Part shown: positions 63,036 through 64,000 of the stretch, piece after piece
How the letters are laid out: each line of letters opens with the position of its first letter
How positions within the stretch are numbered: the stretch's first letter is position 1
Assembly (NCBI GenBank): GCA_032718475.1
Contig: JAUCBJ010005486.1
Coordinates: 1-64,000, forward strand
Length of the DNA: 64,000 nt
Direction of reading: 5' to 3'
Source of the DNA: Nemertoderma westbladi
Taxonomy: Eukaryota > Animalia > Xenacoelomorpha
Program-made: the position numbers and the translations under genes
The notes under the pieces: model-generated
Database searches by the model: none
Seen by the model: the letters and a program-made list of their open reading frames with translations, nothing else
What the model was told of the DNA's origin: nothing

Positions 63036-64000
63036 TGGGTCAGGGTAAAGCATGCTGCAGCGGAGTGTGTTTATGGTAAATCGCTCCAAAAGTACTCAAG
63101 CTGTTTACTTACCCGGGTTTGGATTTGATATTAGCCATCTGATACGAATTCAATTGATGTTGATGATACCAAGATGAATATGATTGATGATGGAAATGAT
63201 ACCAAGATATTAATATTTCGATGATGAACAAACAAAAATTATTATTATACTAATAATTGGTTATTATGGATTATATACTAATAATTATTTGATATTATGG
63301 ATTATATACTAATAATTATTTGATATTATGGATTATATACTAATAATTTGATATAAATATGATGATATTATATGAAATGATATGATATAAATATTATGTC
63401 GATATGAATGAATGTTTGAATAAACAATGATTAATCTTGGATAATATGTTGGATCTACTTCTACCAGTCTAGGCTAACGTTGGAGCTTCTCTACAGTCTG
63501 GGCTAACGATTGTTCTACCTATGCAGTCTGGACTGATAATGGTTCTACAATACAGTCTGGGCTTACGTTCACTCTAACTTACAGGCTGGGATGAGAAGGA
63601 TCTACCTCTACAAACTGACGAAGGATCTACCTCTACAAATTGATGACGGATCTACCTTTACAAACTGACGAAGAATCTACCTCTACAAACTGATGATGGG
63701 ACTACTTCTACAAACTGATAATGAATCTTCAGCTTTACAATTTGGTGATGGAACTCAAAAAAAAAAAAAAAAAAAAAAAGTTTTGAATTAAAGTGAATTA
63801 AGATTTAAGTGTGATTAGTGTTTGTTTATTGTTTATTACATCTCTAATTTTACTTCTACTAAAGTAAAATTTGAACTAAGATTTAATTTAAAGTGAATTA
63901 AGATTTAAGTGTGATTAGTGTTTGTTTATTACATCTCTAATTTTACTTCTACTAAAGTAAAATTTGAACTAAGATTTAATTTAAAGTGAATTAAGATTTA
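63036..64000 (+). repeat. Putative LTR region with internal tandem repeats
   Basis: Follows purine-rich tract aagggggg; ~31-, 25- and ~95-bp tandem repeats and an A23 tract; boundaries unconfirmed. Confidence 0.45.

Noticed and set aside
63600-63740. Repeated CTGAYGA motifs in a 25-bp tandem repeat
   Set aside because: No GAAA or helices; ordinary tandem repeat

Overview
AT-rich eukaryotic (invertebrate animal) genomic DNA. The backbone is a minus-strand titin/sallimus(kettin)-like gene: seven exons between 44767 and 8886 splice in frame with GT-AG introns and encode consecutive Ig I-set domains resembling the titin Z-disc/proximal I-band. Its very large introns hold three identical tRNA-His(GTG) genes with an unusual C54, and two intronless opposite-strand genes (ERICH6/FAM194-like; PH/EVH1-like + CARD). 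Most other sequence is nested transposons: RTE, L2/CR1 and Rex1-like LINEs, two decayed BEL/Pao LTR elements, hAT, Kolobok-like, P (THAP) and MuDR-like elements, MITEs and a 64-bp satellite. Top leads: (i) a minimal type I hammerhead ribozyme between Pol III A and B boxes in a tRNA-like SINE, with a degenerate inverted copy; (ii) a probable Polinton/Maverick left end with a 474-aa tandem-PC4-like ORF that rejoins in frame once a 9-bp-TSD insertion is removed; (iii) a BEL element with gag inverted relative to pol. All family calls are from motif recognition by eye; no searches were run.
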